Below are positions 63,798-64,000 of a stretch of DNA of 64,000 bases, in pieces. Below the pieces are notes generated by a model. It was not told the origin of the DNA and did no database searches. It saw only the letters and a program-made list of their open reading frames with translations. Positions within the stretch are counted from its first letter, which is position 1. Each line of letters begins with the position of its first letter. The translations under genes and the position numbers were made by a program. This stretch comes from Candidatus Thorarchaeota archaeon (GTDB taxonomy: Archaea; Asgardarchaeota; Thorarchaeia; Thorarchaeales; Thorarchaeaceae), in NCBI GenBank assembly GCA_038893995.1, contig JAWAQK010000002.1:45367-109366 (forward strand), given 5' to 3'.

Positions 63798-63912
63798 GGG
63801 CCCGTAGCTCAGCTTGGTAGAGCAGCAGGCTCATAACCTGTAGGTCTGAGTATTCTCTCTTAGCATTCAGACTGGGGATCGGCCAGGGGTTCAAGTCCCC
63901 TCGGGCCCACCA
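63798..63912 (+). tRNA. tRNA(CAT), probably tRNA-Ile2, with a 38-nt non-canonical intron at about 43/44 (63842-63879)
   Basis: GGGCCCG/CGGGCCC-ACCA, GCAGG-CTCATAA-CCTGT, AGGGG-TTCAAGT-CCCCT; removing the insert gives 77 nt; the GGGCCC acceptor is typical of archaeal Ile rather than Met tRNAs. Confidence 0.85.
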
Positions 63913-64000
63913 GCCTCGGACTATAAAGCATCGACTGGTGGAGAATGCCTGACCCGCTGAGGCAACATAGTGCTTTGGCGTTCCGAATCCTCAGAACGCA

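Noticed and set aside
63935-64000. Possible gene start (ATG after GGTGGAG) at the window edge
   Set aside because: Too short to evaluate
1-64000. CRISPR arrays, IS elements, integrases, proviruses, att duplications at tRNAs, rRNA genes
   Set aside because: No spaced direct repeats, transposase or integrase ORFs, duplicated tRNA 3' ends or rRNA signatures were seen by eye

Overview
Gene-dense, mostly housekeeping archaeal chromosome segment. An Asgard origin (possibly Thorarchaeia) is inferred from archaeal core genes (PolD DP2, aIF5B, aIF2alpha, egsA, carS, Rpo3, Elf1, Nop10) occurring together with eukaryote-like proteins. Contents: ribosomal and RNA polymerase operons; the AcnX/UbiD-type mevalonate pathway; DNA replication and repair genes (RPA, DP2, Lhr, topoisomerase IA, XPD, RadB); C1/folate genes; fumarase plus a TfrAB-type fumarate reductase; a full SRP (7S) RNA missed by the ORF track; and four tRNAs, two of them intron-split, each with an intron at a non-canonical position. 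No CRISPR array, transposon, provirus or intein was seen. The strongest hunt result is a dispersed set of ER-like membrane biogenesis and N-glycosylation parts: a eukaryote-type STT3 with an extra C-terminal domain, an OSTC/DC2-like protein, an unannotated 36-aa OST4-like microprotein, a GIFT-fold (Wbp1/IFT52-like) glycoprotein, Sec61beta and an EMC6-like protein. Also notable are a PAC4-like proteasome chaperone, K-turn leaders, a possible two-state RNA leader on the mevalonate operon, and non-canonical start codons. All family calls come from motif recognition and remembered reference sequences; no searches were run.
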